Made by a program: the position numbers and the translations under genes. Of a stretch of 64,000 nucleotides of DNA, positions 34,140 to 48,853 are shown one piece after another; positions within the stretch are counted from its first letter, which is position 1; each line of letters begins with the position of its first letter. The notes beneath the pieces were generated by a model. That model had not been told where the DNA came from. It made no database searches and worked only from the letters and a program-made list of their open reading frames with translations. This DNA comes from Azolla caroliniana (taxonomy: Eukaryota; Plantae; Polypodiophyta): positions 4,588,001 to 4,652,000 of the forward strand of contig JBHGNT010000015.1 of assembly GCA_043228905.1 (NCBI GenBank), written 5' to 3'.

Positions 34140-37100
34140 ACATTATGTGGCTTCACTTGGGCTTGAACCCAAGACCTTGTAATAAATAATCAAGAACCTA
34201 CCCATTAAGATAACATATGATTATATGAAATAATAAAAGCTACTTCTTGTAATAGACTGATATTGTAAATGTTCTAGAACATCCTAGAAAATCCTAGAAC
34301 ATCTTAGAATATTCTAGGTCTAGAACATTCTAGAATATTATAGAAATCACTAGGTTATTCTATAGGAACCTATAAATATGGACATACAATTCTTCTCAAA
34401 ACCAATTCGAATAAACACTAGTCTTAAGCTCTCATCGCCTATCTTGTATCCATTCTTATTCTACTTTAATACATTCATTCTTCTCTTATCATTTCATTCC
34501 TCTTCTAGTGATCTCTTTATATCTTTCTTCTATCACTTTACCTTCTCTCTTGGTTCTGACACCAGGCGCTCCTTCCCTTTCCTCTCAAATCCTTCCGGTT
34601 GGTGCATGTAGATCTCTTCTTCGAGGTTGCCATGTAGGAATGCCGTCTTGACGTCCAGTTGCTCTACCTCGAGGTCCATGCTTGCCGCTATGCCCAATAC
34701 TGTCTGGATGGATGTCATCATTACTACCAGGGCAAAGATATCATCGAAGTCCACTCCTTTCTTTTGCTGGAGTCCTTCACCACAATTCAGGCCTTATACC
34801 TTGGTGGATTTCCGGCATCTCCCGGTTTCAGCTTGTACACCCACTTGTTTCGGAGTACCCTCTTTTCTTTCGGCAACTCCGTCAGTTCATACGTGTGGTT
34901 CTCATGCAGGGAATCCATCTCATCCTGCATGGCACTCAACCACTTGCGGCTGTGGGTGTCTCTCTTTGCTTCTTCAAAGCTTTCCAGCTTCTCCTCATCA
35001 GTTAGCAACACATGCTCTGCATTCGGAAATCTCCGGGGGGCTCTTCTCTCTCAGAGAGGATATCTCCATCCCTGGTTTCTGACTATCGGTTCCTCCGTTT
35101 GTTCCTCATCCGAATCTAATTTGGGGTCTTGTCCGGTTCCAGTGTCTTCTTCTTCTTCTTCTTCCTGTCCGTATCCGGCCGGCTCGTCGAGTGTCATCTG
35201 GTTACCGGCTAGCATCCAGTTTTCAACCGGGTAAGTCCTTGTGTCCTCAGGCCGGTTTTCATTGGATGTTCCGGAGTTGATCATCTTCTTCTCCGACTCC
35301 CAGTCGGCAATGGTTCTGTCTTCCATGAAGACTATGTCCCGACTCTGGAACACCTTCTTGTCGACCAGATCCCACACTTGGTAACCGAACTCATCATCGC
35401 CGTATCCAAGGAATATACATGGCATGGACTTCGGATCCAGCTTTGCTCTCTTGTCCTTTGCAACATGCACATATGTGAGACACCCAAACACCTTCAGATG
35501 CCAGTAAGATACATCTTTACCAGTCCATACTTTCTGAGGTGAGTCTCCTTCCAAGGGTGTTGAGGGTGATCTATTGATCACATAGGTCGCCGTCATCAGC
35601 ACCTCAACCCAAAACGTCTTGGGTAACTTTGCATGTGCTAGCATGCTCCAGACTCTCTCCATTATGGTCTGGTTCATCCTTTCGGCCAGCCCGTTTAGTT
35701 CCGGCGTCTTCGGCACAGTAAACTCGAGCCGGATTCCCTTCGATTGGCAATACTCCTTGAACTACCCCCGGTATTCTCCTCTGTTATCTGCTCGAACCGC
35801 CTTCAGCTTCCGACCGGTTTCTCTTTCCACTCTTGCGTGGAGCTCCTTGAAGACGGATAACACTTGATCCTTCGTCTTCAATGGTGAGACCCATAACTTC
35901 CAGCTGTGGTCATCTATGAACATCACGAAGTACTACGATTTGGCATGTGACTTCGTGTCCACTTGTCACACATCGGTATGCACCAGCTCCAGTGGTGCAT
36001 TCCGTCTCATCGGTGGTCTTGACCGGAAGGAGGTGCGGTTTTGCTTACCGGCCAAGCAGTCAGTGCACTTCTCAAGTTGCACGTCCTTCACCGGAATGAG
36101 TTTGTCTTCGGCAAGCCTCTTCATATCCTTCTCACTCATGTGACACAGTCTTTTGTGCCACATCTCACCGGCAGTGTCAGATGCTACGTTCACTTCTTCC
36201 TAGCATATACGGGCGTTCATCAAGTACAATGTGTTGATCTTCTAGGCTCGAGCCACTATTAGACTCCCTTTGCTGAACTTCATGACTCCGTTCCAGATGC
36301 TACCCGTGTAGCCTTATCATCTAGCCGACCGACTGATATCAGGTTCAGTCGAACCTCCGGAATGTGTCAGACATCCTTCAACAACAACTTGCATCCGGTT
36401 GATGTTGTCAACAACACATCTCCTATGCCAACAATTTGGCATGTACCTTCATTCCCCATCCGGACACAACCATGATCATTGACTGTGTAGGATGAGAAGC
36501 ATTTCCGGTCTGGTGTCAGGTGGAACGACGCTCCGGAATCGACAACCCTCATTGTTTCATCATTGACAAGGTTTAACTCATTCTCTACGGTAATGAGCAT
36601 CAGTTCTTCTTCACTTGTCGCGATCGCCGACGTTCCCTTCCGATCCGGGCCTCTCCGGTCCGAACCATTTCAGTTTGAACTCTTCTTCGAATCGGTAATG
36701 CCGGTTTCTTTCTCCTTTCAGAAATGCTGGCAGTTCTTCTGGAAGTGTCCCGGCTTCCCGCAATAGAAGCACATGGGCCTCCCCCTTGACTTCGACCTTG
36801 TCCCCGATTTGTCCCGGTTTTTGGGATTTCGATACCGGCCTCTTCCCCGGTTGTGGTCATCTTCTGTGACCAAGGCCTTCGGATCGGTTCCGGACTCCCA
36901 GTCTTTCTGTCGAGCTTCTTCATCTAGCAAGCTTGACTTACCCTTGCTAGGGACAATTGTTTTCCTTCTGGCTTGGCGTTGCCCAACGTGACAACTAACG
37001 TCTCCCAGTTGTCTGAGAGGGAACCGAGTAGGAGCAATGCGAGTACCTCATCGGCGAGAGGTACTTCCAACGAGGTTGCCTGGTGTATTAGCCCCTAGAA

Positions 37101-40100
37101 GGCATTCATGTGCTCCGCCATACTAGAGCCAACCTGGTACCAGAGCCTCACTAGCTTCCGGAATATCGAAACCCGATTAACGAGATTCTTGTTCTGGAGC
37201 ATGATGCCGATCTTCTCCTAGATTTCATGAGCCTTGCTCTCTTCATTGAAGTTGTTGTACATGCTCATGTCGATGAAGCACCGGATGTATGCCGTCATCT
37301 TCATGTGCATCACCTCCCACACTGTGGCATCGATCTTATCCGGTCTCTTGTTCCCGAACTTAAGCGGCAACCAAAGATCTTTAACCACTAGCATATCCCT
37401 CATCTTCGACTTCCACATTGAGTAGTTGGAGCTGGTGAGCTTGAACATGCCGCCGAATGATTCTTCCATTTCCTATGTTGTTTGCTCTGATACCAGTTTG
37501 TGAAGAATAGCGTGGAATATCGGTCGGCCACAACCTAGTCTTGAATCATAGAAATGGGAATGAACGAGAGAGTACACAGAAATGACATAGGATGTTTACG
37601 TGGAAAACCCTAATAGGGAAAAACCACGGGAGCCCACAGACTCCAACTATCACTACATGAGAGGAAATACAAAGTGGAGGCACAGAGGTAATGAGCTCGT
37701 GCTCACGATCTTTGCCAGACGGCGGTTACAACAGAGAGTGCTCGTAGCTACTCTCTCTCTCTCTCTCTCTTTGTTGCTCTCTGTACAACAATTATGCACA
37801 TACCACCATATGACAATAACAACTAAGTCATGTTTATAGTTATATGAACTTAGGGCTATTTACAAATATAGCCTCAATAGGCTTACTCAAAACATATTTA
37901 CAGATATGTCTTCTCTTCTGGTTCTCAATGGCTCTCTTCCGGTTCTCACTAGGTCTCCTCCGGTTCTCACCGGGTCCTCTTTATTCATCACCGGATCCTA
38001 TCCAGAGAGACCGATTTCCTAACAGGAAGAAGTGTGCCGATTCGGATAAATCCGGATCCGGCAAGGCTGGACAAGGGAACCAACAAAGCTCACACTACGC
38101 AAGGGGATCAGAAGGATCCGGAACCGGGAATACCAAAAAAGGGCCAGTTTTCGTGATGAAACACAAGGCAAACTGGATGAAGAAGATCACTTCCGGATCG
38201 CAGGAAGTGTGGTACGTTGACTTAGGAGCATCTAACCACATGATGAGCCACAAAGAGTGGTTCTCATTCTTAGAGAAACTGGAACAACAGGGAGTCATCG
38301 AAATCGGAGGCGACACTCCTCACCCGATCGTGCATGTCGGAGAAGTTCCCTTGAGCCATGTTGGATAGAAAGAAAAGCTTATGAACATGTAACATGTCCC
38401 AACAATCACAAAGAACCTGGTGTCGGTCGGACAAATCGTCGACCAGGGAATGTAGGTGCGGTTTACGCACCTTGGGTGCTTCATCGAGGAAGAAGGCTGG
38501 ATAATTGCACAAGGACGTAGAGACAGGAGGATGTTTATCCTTAACACCAACGACGTCGGCACCGCCTTGTTTACCAAAGGACAGAAGATTGAATCAGACA
38601 TCGGTCTCTGACACAAGCGGATTGGCCACGTTAACTACCAGAGGCTTTAGGATCTACAATTGAAACAAGTTGTGTTCGGATTGCCAAAGTTTAGTGGCCA
38701 GAAGGCCCAAATTTGTGAAGCCTGCTAACTCGGGAAGCAACACCAGCCTCCATTCCCCACCGAACGGAACCGGAGCCGTAACAAGCTCGACTTAATCCAT
38801 TCGGATGTATGGGGACCGATCGACACAGAACGTCAGTCTTGGCTGGAGTCGGTATTTCGTCTCCTTCATCGACGACTACAACCGGCACACATGGATCTAC
38901 CTCATTGAGAGGAAAAGTGAAGTCTTTGTCTGTTTCCGGAATCTACAAAGTCTAGTCGTGAGGGAAATAGAAATAAAGATCAAGTGCTTGCGGTCAGATG
39001 GTGGAAAAGAATACTTTTCCGGCCAGTTCAACAATTATCTGCAGCAAAAAGGAATTCGGAGAGAATTCAGCTGCCAATACACACCGGAACAAAATGGTGT
39101 GGCCAAAAGAAAGAACCGGTCAATTGTCGACGCGGCAAGGGCAATGTTGGAGGAGAAGAGCATGCCCAAATTCTGCTGGGCTGAGGCAGTCCAGACGGTT
39201 GTCTACATCCAAAATTGGATCGAAGACAAGGTGTCAACACATGAGCTGTATTTCGGGCGGAAGCCAAACTTGAGACATCTTCGGATATTCGGTAGCTAGC
39301 ATATGTGCATGTACTGCATGAGAAGTAGAGGAAGCTGGATCCGAAGTCGGAGAAGTGCATACTCATCGGCTACTTGCATGAACAGAAGGGGTATAAGTGT
39401 TATAACCCCCGGACTAAACAGGTCCGGGTAAGTTGAGATGTCGAGTTTGATGAGTTGGCATCATGGTACTCTCTATCGACTCCAACTCCCGACGAAGACC
39501 CGATTCCGGAGGATGAGGCTAGTGAACCTAGAGAGGTTAAGGTCCGATCTCATTCCAGCTAAGTGGGACGAATGAGCGGTTGGACTAGAGTGACTGGTCG
39601 GATGAAGAACTGACGAGTAGTGGAGACTCTGCCGTGCTCTCCCCGTGCAAGGGACTGAGGAGACGGTTCACGCGCAAAGAGAAGGGGAAGAAAAAGATGT
39701 CGGAATACGATACCGGCAACGAAGAGTCAGATTGGAGGGATTCTAACTCCGGACAGAACGAAGTCGGGTCTTCAAAAATGAAGTCCGAACCGGCCAAGAA
39801 GGGCCTCAAACCAGATGATGAAAAACTGCGCCGGTCAACCCGCCAAAAGAACCCCGTAAAACGGTACGGATATAATGAGTACATGGCGCATCACTATGTG
39901 TACAAGACCAAGGTGGCGGAAGTGCGTGAGCCGAAAAGCTATGCTGAAGCAGTGAAAGACACAAATTGGTGTGCTGCTATGGAAGAAGAAATGCGGGCAC
40001 TCGATGCCAACGACATTTGGGACCTGGTTGACCCTCCCCGACAATGTAAACCGATCAGCTGCAAGTGGGTGTACAAGGTAAAGTACAATGCCAACGGTTC

Positions 40101-42097
40101 AGTCAACCGGTACAAGGCCCAATTAGTGGCGAAGGGATATGCACAGACCCACGACATCGACTACGACGAGACCTTCGCTCCGGTAGTGAAGATGATGACG
40201 GTCTGTGTGGTACGGGCTATTGTTGTGGCAAGGGGCTCGCATCTTCACCAAATGGACGTGAAGAATGCGTTTCTTCAAGGTGACCTTGAAGAACGAGTCT
40301 ATATGATTCAACCCCCCGGTTTTCAATCGGAGCTGAACAGGTCGGCGGTGTGCCGACTCAAAAAGTCACTTTATGGTTTGAAGCAAGCCCCCCGAGCTTG
40401 GAATGCAAAAATCACGTACCGGTTGCGTAAGATGGGGTTTGTGGCCTCAAAGTTCGACTCCTCACTGTTCATCCAGAAAGGTTCGGACTGTCCGGTTTGT
40501 ATCCTACTATATGTGGATGATCTAGTCATCACCGGACACGGACTCAATGAAAGCTTAAGCAAAGTGGATGATGATTCATAGAGAAAAATGGAAAGGTCAT
40601 TGCAAAAGGAAAATGAGAAGGAAGGATGTTTTTGTTAGATGTGGATATGCCTAGGAAGATTACAACCATGTTTGCAGAAGGAATGAGTGTAATCTCAGAT
40701 GTGGAAATGTGGCATAAAAGAATCGGTCACATAAGTATGCAAACATTGAAATATATGTTGAGGAAAGATGTAGTGGCTGGACTGCCTAAGTTGAAAGACT
40801 GTGAGATGGGGAAAAATATGTGAAGCATGTCAATATGGAAAGCAAAATAGGTTGCCTTTCCCTCATGAAAGACATGTAAGCAGAAATTTGTTGGATTTGG
40901 TACATACAGATGTATGGGGACCAACAAAAAATGCATCAATTAGTGGATGTAAGTTTTATGTAACTTTCATTGATGATTGCTCAAGAAAAACGTGGGTTTA
41001 CTTCATGAAAGAAAAAAGTGAAGTATTTGATTGTTTCCGTAAGTTTAAATGTATGGTGGAAAAACAAGTTGGAACTCGGATAAAATGCTTAAGATCTGAT
41101 GGAGGAGGAGAGTACTTCTCAAATGAGTTTTCTGATTTTCTATGCAATCAAGGAATAAGGAGATAGTTCACATGTAGATATACTCCACAGCAAAATGGAG
41201 TTGCTGAGAGAAAAAACAAAACTTTGGTGAACATTGTAAGGGCATTAATGACAGAGAAAAATATGCCATTGTATTATTGGGCAGAAGCTGTAAACACAAC
41301 AAACTACATTCTAAATAGATGTATAACATCTGGAGTACATGAGGTAACTCCTGAAGAATGTTTCTATGGAAGGAAACCTAGCTTAGGACACTTGAAAGTG
41401 TTTGGATGCCTTGCCTATGTCCATGTACATGCTAAGGTGAGAAGTAAGCTTGATCCAAAAGCTGAAACATGTATTTTTGTTGGATATTCAGAGGAGAAAA
41501 AAGGGTATAGATGCTATAACCCTTTGACAAAAAAGATTGTGGTAAGTCGAGATGTAATATTTGATGAGTTGGGCAGCTGGTACAACCCAAAACAAAATGT
41601 AGAAACTGATGAAGACTGTGAAAATGAAGACAGGGATAAATCTGAAAATGTAAGAGATAACCACAGAGATGGAAACAATGTTGGAAAACAAAGTTCCACA
41701 TCAATGGAATGTACTGGACCATCGGGAAGCTCAGGTAGTAAATCTGAATCTAATGCATGGAGTGGAAAACATGCAAGACACAAAAAATATGATGATAAAA
41801 AGGGAAAACAGAAGATGCCAGAATATGAAATGCTTGATGATGGGTCTAGAAACATGGAAGATGTAGATTCAGATACATCATTTGATGATGAGCTTGGTAT
41901 AGGATCCCTGAAAATCCCTGGTATGGAAAGGGCAATGAAGGATGCAAATCAGAAACTAAGAAGATCAGATAGAGAGAAAAAGACTGTTGAAAGATTTGGT
42001 TATGACACATATATGGCTATGCATTATGCATACATTTCTAAAGTGGTACAAATCCCTGATCCAAACAGCTTTGATGAAGCAAAAGCTGAGAAAAAAT

Positions 42098-45000
42098 TGT
42101 TGGAGGGTGGTAGCTCCAGCCCTGCACTCTCTTTCATATTTATTATCTTTGTACTACATTCTCTCTTTTCTCAAATTCTTCTCTCTCTAGAATCTGCAAC
42201 TCTTTAAATGCCTTCTCTCTCTAAAATCTGCAATGCTTTAAATGCCTTTTCTCTCTTCTACCTTTTCCAAGATATTCCTAGTTTTTTGTACCTGTTTGGT
42301 AGTACAAGAGTCACTTAACTACCAAACAACCATTTCACTCACATTCCCCAATTTTGTATAAATAGGCTATACCAGCCTCTTTTGTATAAGTTTTCATTTT
42401 CTTTTTTGCTACTTAAAACAAGCTCTATTCCTTGGCTGTGTCTCTACTCTTTGCAACCATTTTTTCTACTGCTGTCTAACAGCCTTCTCACAGCTTGGCT
42501 GTGCCTATTTTGTTTTAAGTCTTCCGCTGCTGCTATTAACAGCTTTTCTCACATGGTATCAGAGCAGTGAGGTCTCCATATCCTCAGCCTGATTTTTTTT
42601 TGCCAAAGAGCACACAGACCTATCTTCTTTTATCCCTCCCTCCCAACCCTACAGAGGAGGCTCTTCTGTTTTCTTTTCCCCTTATCTGAGCCTCACCTAG
42701 CATCTAGGGAGAAGTAGAAAGACCCTGAATATCTACTTACAACTGCTGTAAATTGTCCAGCTGTAGCTCAAGAGGAGGATATCCATGGCCTCACATGCCA
42801 CCATTGTTTCATCAACCATTCCCCAACTCCCCAAAGAATCCATCTTGGATGGGAACAATTACTTGGATTGGGAGCTACAAATAAAGACCTTGCTACAATA
42901 CCATCGTTTATGGAATGTAGTCAATGGTAGTGACAAGAAACCACCAGTAACTTCATCCTCTTCAACCAAATCAGTTGCTGGCTCATCTAACACTGAGATT
43001 GAAGCTTGGCTAGATAAGGATTCTCGTGCTCATGCTTTCCTCATGTTTAATATTAAACCGAGCATCGCTCGTCAATTTCAAGATAAAGATGACGAGACAG
43101 CCAATGAACTATGGACAGCCATCAAAAGGAGGTATCATCGATCTAATCATGCTCAAATGATAGCTATTGAAAGCCAACTAGCAAATCTCAAGATTCATGA
43201 CACTCCCAACATCATGGATCAAATAACGGAATTTGTCACTCTCCAAAAGGAACTAGTTTCTTTGGGAAGCAAGTCCACTGAAGTCGAGTTTGTGCATCGT
43301 CTAATGATAAAGTTGCCTGAGTCATTCTCAGCCTTTTGTGACACCATTTCTCTTCTTCCCAACACACCTGACATGAATACATTTCTTGGTATGCTACAAG
43401 ATAGGGCAACAAGGAAGAAAAGTGCTCAAACTTCCAATGAGACGCTTCTACATGCGACAAGTAAAGGCAAGTGGAAGCCAAATGGTAACTCCTACAACAA
43501 ACCCAATCCAAGACCGCCAAACAACCCAGCTTACAAGGAGCTCACTTGTCATTATTGTGGCTACAAAGGTCACATTCAGCCAGATTGTCGGAAAAAGAAA
43601 AGGGACAATGCTAAGAACTCTTCTTCTACCAGAAATCAACCTACACCGAAATCCAACTCGGCCCACTCAGCCAAAGAAACAGTTTTCCTTGGCATTGAGG
43701 AACATACTTCACATTTGGCTGGACCAACTACTTCAACCATCGATGAGTGGTTAGTAGATAGTGGTGCCACTTCACACATGACCTATGACAAATCCATTTT
43801 GCATGATGTGAAGCCTAGCTCTTCCCAAATCTCTATAGGAGATGCCTCAAGCATTGAGGCTTCATGTGTGGGTAATGTGGTTCTTGACAATTCTTCAAGT
43901 GAAGAACCTGTCGTTCTTCACGATGTGCTACATGTGCCTCGCATCTCTACCAACCTACTTTCGGTTTACAAAATCACCAAGCAAGGTTATGGAGTCTACT
44001 TTGATAGCTCAGTTTTGGAAGTGATTGACACCAACAGCCTACAAATTGTAGCTAGTGGCACACAAGAAGGGGGTTTATATCGCCTAAAAAGCTCCCATAG
44101 CCCCTTGGAAAACTCCAAATCTCATCTTCTTCATCTTCTTCAAGGCTCTCATGCCTTGGTGGCACAAGAAGATCCCACGTTGTGGCATGCTAGGTTTGGT
44201 CATCTCAACTATGATTCTCTTCAAAAGCTCTCCTCCTCCCAACTAGTTGAGGGTCTTCCTATTTTCAAATCTCCCAATACCCCATGTGTTGCTTGTCTTC
44301 ATGGCAAGCAACATCGAGAGCCTTTCCCTCATGAAGCCACTCACCGAGCAACATCTATCTTGGAGTTAGTGCACATGGATCTTTGTGGTCCCATGAAAAC
44401 CACTACTCTTGGTGGTGCACGCTACTTCATGCTTATAATTGATGACTTCTCCCGCGAGGTTTGGGTTTATTTTCTTGTAGAAAAATCCCAAGCCTTCACA
44501 AAATTTCAAGAATGGGTAGCTCTCGTGGAGAACGAGACATCGAAGAAAGTTTGAAAGATCAGGTCGGACAATGGTGGAGAGTTTATCTCCAAAGCTTTCC
44601 ACCATTTCTGCTCTCAACGAGGCATTGCTCGCCAATTTTCTACACCCAATACTCCTCAACAAAATGGAGTCGTGGAAAGGAAGAACCGGAAAGTCCAAGA
44701 GATGGCTCGTACGATGCTATCTCAATCTAATCTTCCTCTCTCGTTTTGGGGTGAAGCTGTCAACACAGCAATCTACATCATCAACTGCTACCCAACAAAA
44801 GCAGTTGCTAGAATGACGCCTGAAGAAGCATTTACAGGAGTAAAGCCCTTAGTATATCATTTTAAAGTCTTTGGTTGTGATGCTTATGTTCACATTTCAG
44901 ATCATAAAAGGACGAAATTTGAGTCCAAAACCAAGAAATGCAAATTTCTTGGTTACAACACACAATCTAAAGCATACAGGTTATGGGATTTAGAGTCAAA

Positions 45001-47381
45001 GTCCCTAGTCATATCTAGGGATGTTCATTTTGTGGAGTCTCAGCCGGATGACTCTAGGATTTTACCTGAGTTCATGGTTGAAATCCAAGCTCCTCCGGAA
45101 TCTCCTATTTTAGACGAAGATGTCTCATCTTCAAGCCCCCCATCTCCTCCTACTCAATCTCTAACTTCGCCAACAATTCAAACCTCTCCCTCAACTCCAC
45201 TTGTTTCCACTCCCTCTACAAACCAGCTTCCACCACTTCCCAAGTGGCTTCAAGCCACCATTCGTGATTCTCATCTCTCCGATGCTGAACTTCATGAGTA
45301 TACATCTGGTTCTCGAACACGTGAGTCACAACGGCCTCTTCACTCATGCAACTTTGCCTTATTGTGCACTGTTGTGCAATCAAAAGAACCCACAACAGCA
45401 AAAGAGGCCCTTGTTCTTCCAAAGTGGAAAGCAGCAATGGAAGTTGAACTTAATTCCATTGAGTGGAATCATACATGGGAGCTGGTCCCACGACCTCCAC
45501 ATCGACAAGTCATTGGATTGAAATGGATTTTCAAGACCAAATACCATGCTGATGGTACTTTGGATAAGCACAAGGCACGTTTAGTGGCAAAAGGCTACTC
45601 ACAAGTTGAAGGAGTGGATTATGAGGAAACTTTTGCTCCAACAGCAAGGTACACATCTATCCGATGTGCGCTTACACTTGCTGCTCACAACAAATGGGCC
45701 ATTTTTCAAATGGATGTCAAGTCAGCCTTCCTTAACGGTGACTTGAAAGAGGAGGCTTATGTTGAACAGCCTCCAGGTTTCGAGATTTTAGAGCAGAAAA
45801 ACATGGTCTACAAGTTACACAAAGCCTTGTATGGCTTAAAGCAAGCTCCCAAAGCTTGGCATGACAAAATCGATAACTTCTTTCTTTCTCTTGGGTTTCA
45901 AAACTGTAATGCTGACAACAATCTCTATGTTTTTTCCCAAGATAATTTGCTTTGCTTGATCATATTATATGTTGACGACCTTCTAATTACAGGGTCCCTT
46001 GCATCTAAAATCGAGGAGGTCCGCGCTGACCTCAAAACAACCTTTGAAATGACTGATCTAGGACTTCTCCATTATTTCATAGGTATGGAGGTCTATCAAT
46101 CACATGGTGGTATCTTTCTCAGCCAACATAGGTATCTCAGGCAGCTCCTTGAGACCTATAGCATGACAAATTGCAAGCCACTCTCCTGTCCAATGGATCC
46201 AAACTCAAAGCTATCTCGTGAAGACGATTCTCCCATATTTGAGGATATCACGAAATATAGGAGATTAATCGGGTCCCTTCTTCACTTAACTTATACCAGG
46301 CCTGATTTTTCCTATAGCGTGAGTATTCTCAGCCAATTCTCAACTGCTCCAAGACAAAGTCATTGGCAAGCAACTATTCGAGTTCTTCGGTATTTGGCCA
46401 ACACACTCGACTATGGTCTATCTTTTAGAGGCGGCATTGAGCTTGTTGGCTACTCAGATGCTGATTGGGCAGGTGATATTGATTCTAGAAGGTCCACATC
46501 TGGCTATTGTTTTATGTTAGGTTCAGGCTTGATTTCTTGGAAATCGAAGAAGCAAAACTCAGTTTCTACTTCATCGACAGAAGCTGAATATCGCGCCTAC
46601 TTGGATACTTGCTGTGAGTTGCTATGGTTGATGCAATTGTTTTCTCACATTGGTGTTTTGCAAGCCTCTCCTATTGCAGTTTTCACCGACAGCCAAAGTG
46701 CACGTGCCTTGGCACATAGCTCAACATTTCATGGTAGAACAAAACACATCGAAGTGCACTACCATTTTGTTCGTGACTTAGTGAAATCACAAGTCATCAA
46801 CTTGGCATATTGCCCTACTCAAGAAAATGTGGCTGATTTATTTACTAAGCCACTTCCAAGGCAAGCCATTGATCAGCTCCTTGATCGACTCAATGTTAGA
46901 CTGCCGTTCTGGAGCTGAGAGGAGGTGTTGGAGGGTGGCAGCTCCAGCCCTGCACTCTCTTTCATATTTATTATCTTTGTACTATATTCTCTCTTTTCTC
47001 AAATTCTTCTCTCTCTAGAATCTGCAACTCTTTAAAGGCCTTCTCTCTCTAGAATCTGCAATGCTTTAAATGCCTTTTCTCTCTTCTACCTTTTCCAAGA
47101 TATTCCTAGTTTTTTGTACCTGTTTGGTAGTACAAGAGTCACTTAACTACCAAACAACCATTTCACCCACATTCCCCAATTTTGTATAAATAGGCTATAC
47201 CAGCCTCTTTTGTATAAGTTTTCATTTTCTTTTTTGCTACTTAAAACAAGCTCTATTCCTTGGCTGTGTCTCTACTCTTTGCAACCATTTTTTCTACTGC
47301 TGTCTAACAGCCTTCTCACAGCTTGGCTGTGCCTATTTTGTTTTAAGTCTTCCGCTGCTGCTATTAACAACTTTTCTCACA
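42098..47381 (+). mobile_element. Young full-length Ty1/Copia
   Basis: 456-bp near-identical LTRs 42098-42553 and 46926-47381, TSD AAAAT, iMet PBS TGGTATCAGAGC, PPT GAGAGGAGG. Confidence 0.97.
42785..46918 (+). pseudogene. Copia gag-pol, single frame with one premature TGA at 44552-44554
   Basis: CHYCGYKGHIQPDC, WLVDSGATSHM, KKV*KIRSDNGGE, LYVDDLLI, YSDADWAG. ORFs 42785 and 44672 are in the same frame. Confidence 0.93.
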
Positions 47382-48126
47382 AAAATGGGTAAATGCAATG
47401 CAAGAAGAAATTGATGCATTGGCTGAAAACAGAACATGGGATTTGGTAAAGTTACCGAAAGGAAAAAATGTGGTAGGTTGCAAATGGGTCTACAAGACAA
47501 AGCATGATTCCAATGGAAATGTTATTAGACATAAAGAAAGACTTGTGGCAAAGGGATATGCCCAGATGCATGGAATTGATTATGATGAAACATTTGCACC
47601 GGTTGCAAAGATGACAACCTTGAGAACACTACTTGCTTTGAGTGCAGCCAAAAGATGGGTTTTGCACCATATGGATGTAAAAAATGCTTTTTTACATGGT
47701 AACTTAGAAGAAGAAGTGTATATGTGTCAACCACCAGGTTTTGAAGATAGGAAGCATCCTGAATGTGTTTGTACGTTGAAAAAGGCTCTTTATGGACTAA
47801 AACAAGCACCGAGAGCATGGCACAGGGAACTTTCAGAATCTTTGAAATTTTTTTATTTCAAAATGTCAAAGGTTGATCCATCATTATATGTAAAGAAGCT
47901 AAATGATTGCATTGTTGTGATCTTGATATATGTTGATGATCTAATCATTGGAGGTGACTCTATGGAAGAGATAAGTAAGTTAAAGAAAAACCTGGAAATG
48001 CAATTTCAGATGAAGGATTTGGGAGAGTTGAGATACTTTCTTGGCATTGAGATGATAAGATCCGAGAGTGGTATATATATGTTGCAAAAACAGTATGCAA
48101 CAACTATGTTGAAGAAGTATGGTATG

Positions 48127-48853
48127 TGTGAAAGTGTTTTTAGAATTCAAGGTATTGAATTCTACAAGAATATAAGGTATGGTGCGTTCACATCCAGAGG
48201 GCAAGATCACGAGCTAAGGTCTTAAGGATAAGTCAAACTAAAAGCAAGAAAGATGGAGAAAAGTAAAAGAAGAAAAAAGCGGGGCACCAAAACGCAGTCT
48301 GCAACGAACGCTCATACCTCATTCGTTTGGAAGCCAAATATAATTTGCAAATATGGGTTATAAAGCTTGTGAAGAGAGCTATCCATAGCTTTTTAAAGCT
48401 CTAAATTTGGATCTTGGACGAGGGAGATATTACTATTTGAAGATCGTTGTGTCATAGATAAGAATAGGACTCGATGAAAACTCTAAAAAAAGCATAAAAA
48501 AGAAAGCAAGGGAAGCTTATCCAGTGGAAGAGAACTTTATATAAAGGAAGAAGAGTAAGGTGGTGTGAGAGAGTCTCTTTTTGGAGATGATTTCTTTCCA
48601 ATTCATGTAGTGTTGTTTGAATTCTTATCAATAGATATTTATAGTTGTATCTTCTGAGTCTCTTTCTTGTGATGTTTTCTTGCCTATTCACGTAGTGTTG
48701 GTTGAGTTGTTATCAATTTATCCTTGTAGACTTGGATTTATGTATCTTCTTTCTCTCTTCCTTCCATCATAAATATTCATTAGCAATAGATCTTTGTGGT
48801 TTTGGGTCTTTTTATCTTCCTTATCTCTCCTTTCTATCATCTCTACCTCATTA
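48127..48853 (+). mobile_element. Solo LTR inserted into the family C RT
   Basis: TGTGA...CATTA flanked by perfect TSD GTATG. The host frame KKYGM|LGCKPI rejoins across it. Orientation is tentative. Confidence 0.85.

Larger units (their letters stand above)
18931..34561 (+). mobile_element. Chromovirus (Tcn1/Tf1-sushi-like Ty3/Gypsy), full length, decayed
   Basis: LTRs 18931-19357 and 34124-34561, TSD CCAGG, PPT AAGAGGAGGGATAA. Gag EPKISLPAKFDG, RT YLDDLLI, RNase H EADASNFALG, integrase YHPETDGQTER, chromodomain EYEV...YLVDWLGY...TWEP. Confidence 0.95.
17218..38024 (-). mobile_element. Full-length but decayed Tnt1/Tork-like Copia
   Basis: LTRs 37499-38024 and 17218-17779, TSD GGAAG, iMet PBS at ~37484-37495, PPT AAGGGGGAGAT. 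Domains: CFYCGKPGHFQKNC, VVDSGASFH, ELNGLAERMN, LLLYVDDMLI, RTKHIQRRYH. RT is split by the chromovirus. Confidence 0.93.
15928..40545 (+). mobile_element. Copia family A element (5' LTR 15928-16283; internal parts 16284-17217 and 38025-40545) split by nested insertions
   Basis: The zinc knuckle CWYCGKKGHKESKCWK is interrupted at 17217 and resumes after 38024. Protease WYVDLGASNHM, integrase RSDGGKEY and RT LYVDDL follow, with many stops. Confidence 0.8.
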
